From Parasitella parasitica NRRL 2501 (lineage: Eukaryota; Fungi; Mucoromycota): DNA of 64,000 nucleotides. Both the position numbers and the translations under genes were made by a program. Location: contig MU619238.1 in assembly GCA_025201805.1 (NCBI GenBank), forward strand, positions 1 to 64,000, given 5' to 3'. The notes under the pieces are model-generated. The model worked only from the letters and a program-made list of their open reading frames with translations, searched no databases and was not told where the DNA came from. Below are positions 62,122 through 64,000 of this stretch, piece by piece (the first letter of the stretch is position 1; each line of letters starts with the position of its first letter).

Positions 62122-63354
62122 TCTATCTATCTATATAATTAAAAAAAATGGAGTCTGCTAACTTTTTTTACACGCTTCGTAAAAAATAGCTGCATTAAAG
62201 TCGCTTGAAGCTCTAAACCAAGGAGAAATGGAGTTAACAAATGCTTTAGTTGGTTTTTTCAGTTCCATTCCAGTTTGTTAAATTTCGAGAAGTTGACATC
62301 GAGCCAAGCACATCCTCAATTTCAGAAACTAATTAAAAATACTTTAACACTTCAGAAAATTATAAGTAAAATGTGTGTATGAAACAAAACATGAAATAGA
62401 TGATCATGTACATTAATTTAAAATTAAAACTCTTTAAACAAAGTGAATAATGTCGAAATTCGGGCGAAAAAGCTTGAATCTTTCGAAATTGGACATGGTC
62501 TAACCAGCAAAGGCGACTTTTTAAGCTGCACATTCTGTTTTATTTAATGCAAATATGTTGACACTTTTTATTACTACAAACACAGAGTGCCTGCTATCAG
62601 AATCTGCTCAAGTTGTGGTCAAGAAGGCCATTCGCGTTCTGCAAGCAGGCTTTGCCTCAATAACACCCGTGCTAATACTAACATTTGCGGAAGCTGTGGT
62701 GTTATAGGCCATCATCGATCTTCTTATCGTCATTGCGCTAACAACATTGCTAATCGTATGACTCAAATTTGTTTTCACTTTACAATCATAATCGAAGTCT
62801 TTGTATAAACTGGGATCTCAATCTGAAACTATGAAAGTAGATCAGCAAGCAGAAACAATCAGCGTTAATGATGCAACAACCAGCAGACGTGTTTGTTCAA
62901 GCTGTGGACAAGAAGGTCATTTGCGATCTACCAGTATATTATGTGCCAAATCAATACATAACAATACTCATAACATGGCTAGAAGAAGCACACCCTCTTT
63001 CACCGAACGCCATGATCTTGGTGGAAGGAACAGCATCTGTCACCATTGTCAAGCACGCATGTGGGCATAGAGAAAAATGGAGGCACCAGTGCAAACCCCG
63101 ATTTCTCTTTGTGCATAGAAATGCCTCAACTACCAAAAACTATACTGGATCATACACCGATAATATTGTATTCCATGAAGCATTTAAATAACTCTACCGA
63201 TTTTTACGTTTGTTTTTTCTATTATGTCTTACTACATCTATATTTTTATTTCTGTCTAACAATATGTTTTAACTTACAATAAAAGAGCATTCAATATCTG
63301 AGCTCCCGGTAGGGCGACGATGGCCGTCGTGAGCGAAGCAAGCAGGTCAGCTAG
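62122..63354 (+). mobile_element. Non-autonomous Helitron with both termini
   Basis: 5' A|TCTATCTATCTATATA; 3' GC-rich CGACG-ATGGC-CGTCG hairpin region then CTAG|T. Internal broken ORF with three CxxCGxxGH-RS-x4-C knuckles and the Helitron N-terminal motif HDLG...CHHCQARMW..EK...NPDFSLC. Confidence 0.85.
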
Positions 63355-64000
63355 TTATCTTTAACGGAATCGCCTGAAGAATCTCAAAGCATCAATTTTA
63401 ATATTACAGCACATGAATCAAGCGTCTATAATGCATTAGGCTCAGGTACTTTCAATTTCAACCAACAACAGCAACCAGCAGAAAGAGCCCAGCAGCGAAA
63501 AGCAGATGGCGAGTCTATATCAGACCTGGAGCATTCTACTGATGGGGAGAGTGATGAAGAGCACAAAATTCCCTCCGACTTACCAATCGACCACCATCCA
63601 TACCGTACTTGCGAGTACAGTCTTGAATTCATGGGTTCAGATGAGGAAAAAGAAGAAGAAGAGGAAGAAGAAGAAGAGGAAGAAGAAGAAAGAAACTCAA
63701 CCAGATCTGCAAAGACTTCAAACGAGTCAAAATGGATGATAAATGACATCTGTATCTCTGATTTATGTCTTAGTTTTAAGGAGGCATCCTTAAAATTAGC
63801 CAAAAGCATTAATCCTTCACAACTATCTGATATTCGTCTCCTTGCCTTGAATGACATCTATAAATTTGATAGAGATTTCTCGTCTTCTATCAGCAAATAT
63901 TTTTCAACCAAAGTTCACACCATGCTCAAATCGACTTTATCTTTTGATACTTATCTCCCTGCAAGAGGCTTAAATTGTTACGACTGGTGCATGGATATTG
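63355..64000 (+). CDS. Partial uncharacterised ORF with poly-Glu tract, running off the window end
   Basis: Stop-free frame TTA TCT TTA ACG GAA... to 64000 (LSLTESPEESQ...EEEEEE...KWMINDICISDLCLSFK...LSDIRLLALNDIY). Absent from the ORF track because there is no stop in the window. Confidence 0.65.

Overview
Eukaryotic, AT-rich, intron-dense genomic DNA that is most consistent with a Mucorales fungus. Introns are short GT-AG type (about 50-80 nt) and there are three N-gaps. The core (about 5-46 kb) holds housekeeping genes: RAD3/XPD, MET22, a polyol dehydrogenase, a DedA/VTT membrane protein, RPN12, ERV14, an O-fucosyltransferase-like protein, SNF4, ILV6, an IRC3-like helicase, three tandem GSTs, a damaged CRP-type LIM gene, a CsbD-like gene, a frameshifted SAL1-like carrier and an ALMT/FUSC transporter. 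Interspersed are transposon relics (Helitron helicase fragment, Tc1/IS630-type transposase) and an intact orphan gene with a PD-(D/E)xK-like motif. This block is bracketed by two different repeats in mirror-image order (1.5-1.9 kb and 4.0 kb versus 47.7 kb and 48.2-48.7 kb). Right of 50 kb are tRNA-Leu(TAA), an alpha/beta hydrolase, a complete non-autonomous Helitron (A|TC...CTAG|T) and an ORF running off the window. The most striking feature is an intronless 2693-aa ORF built from about 12 ASH/PapD-like (Hydin-type) Ig repeats. All calls were made by eye, without database searches.
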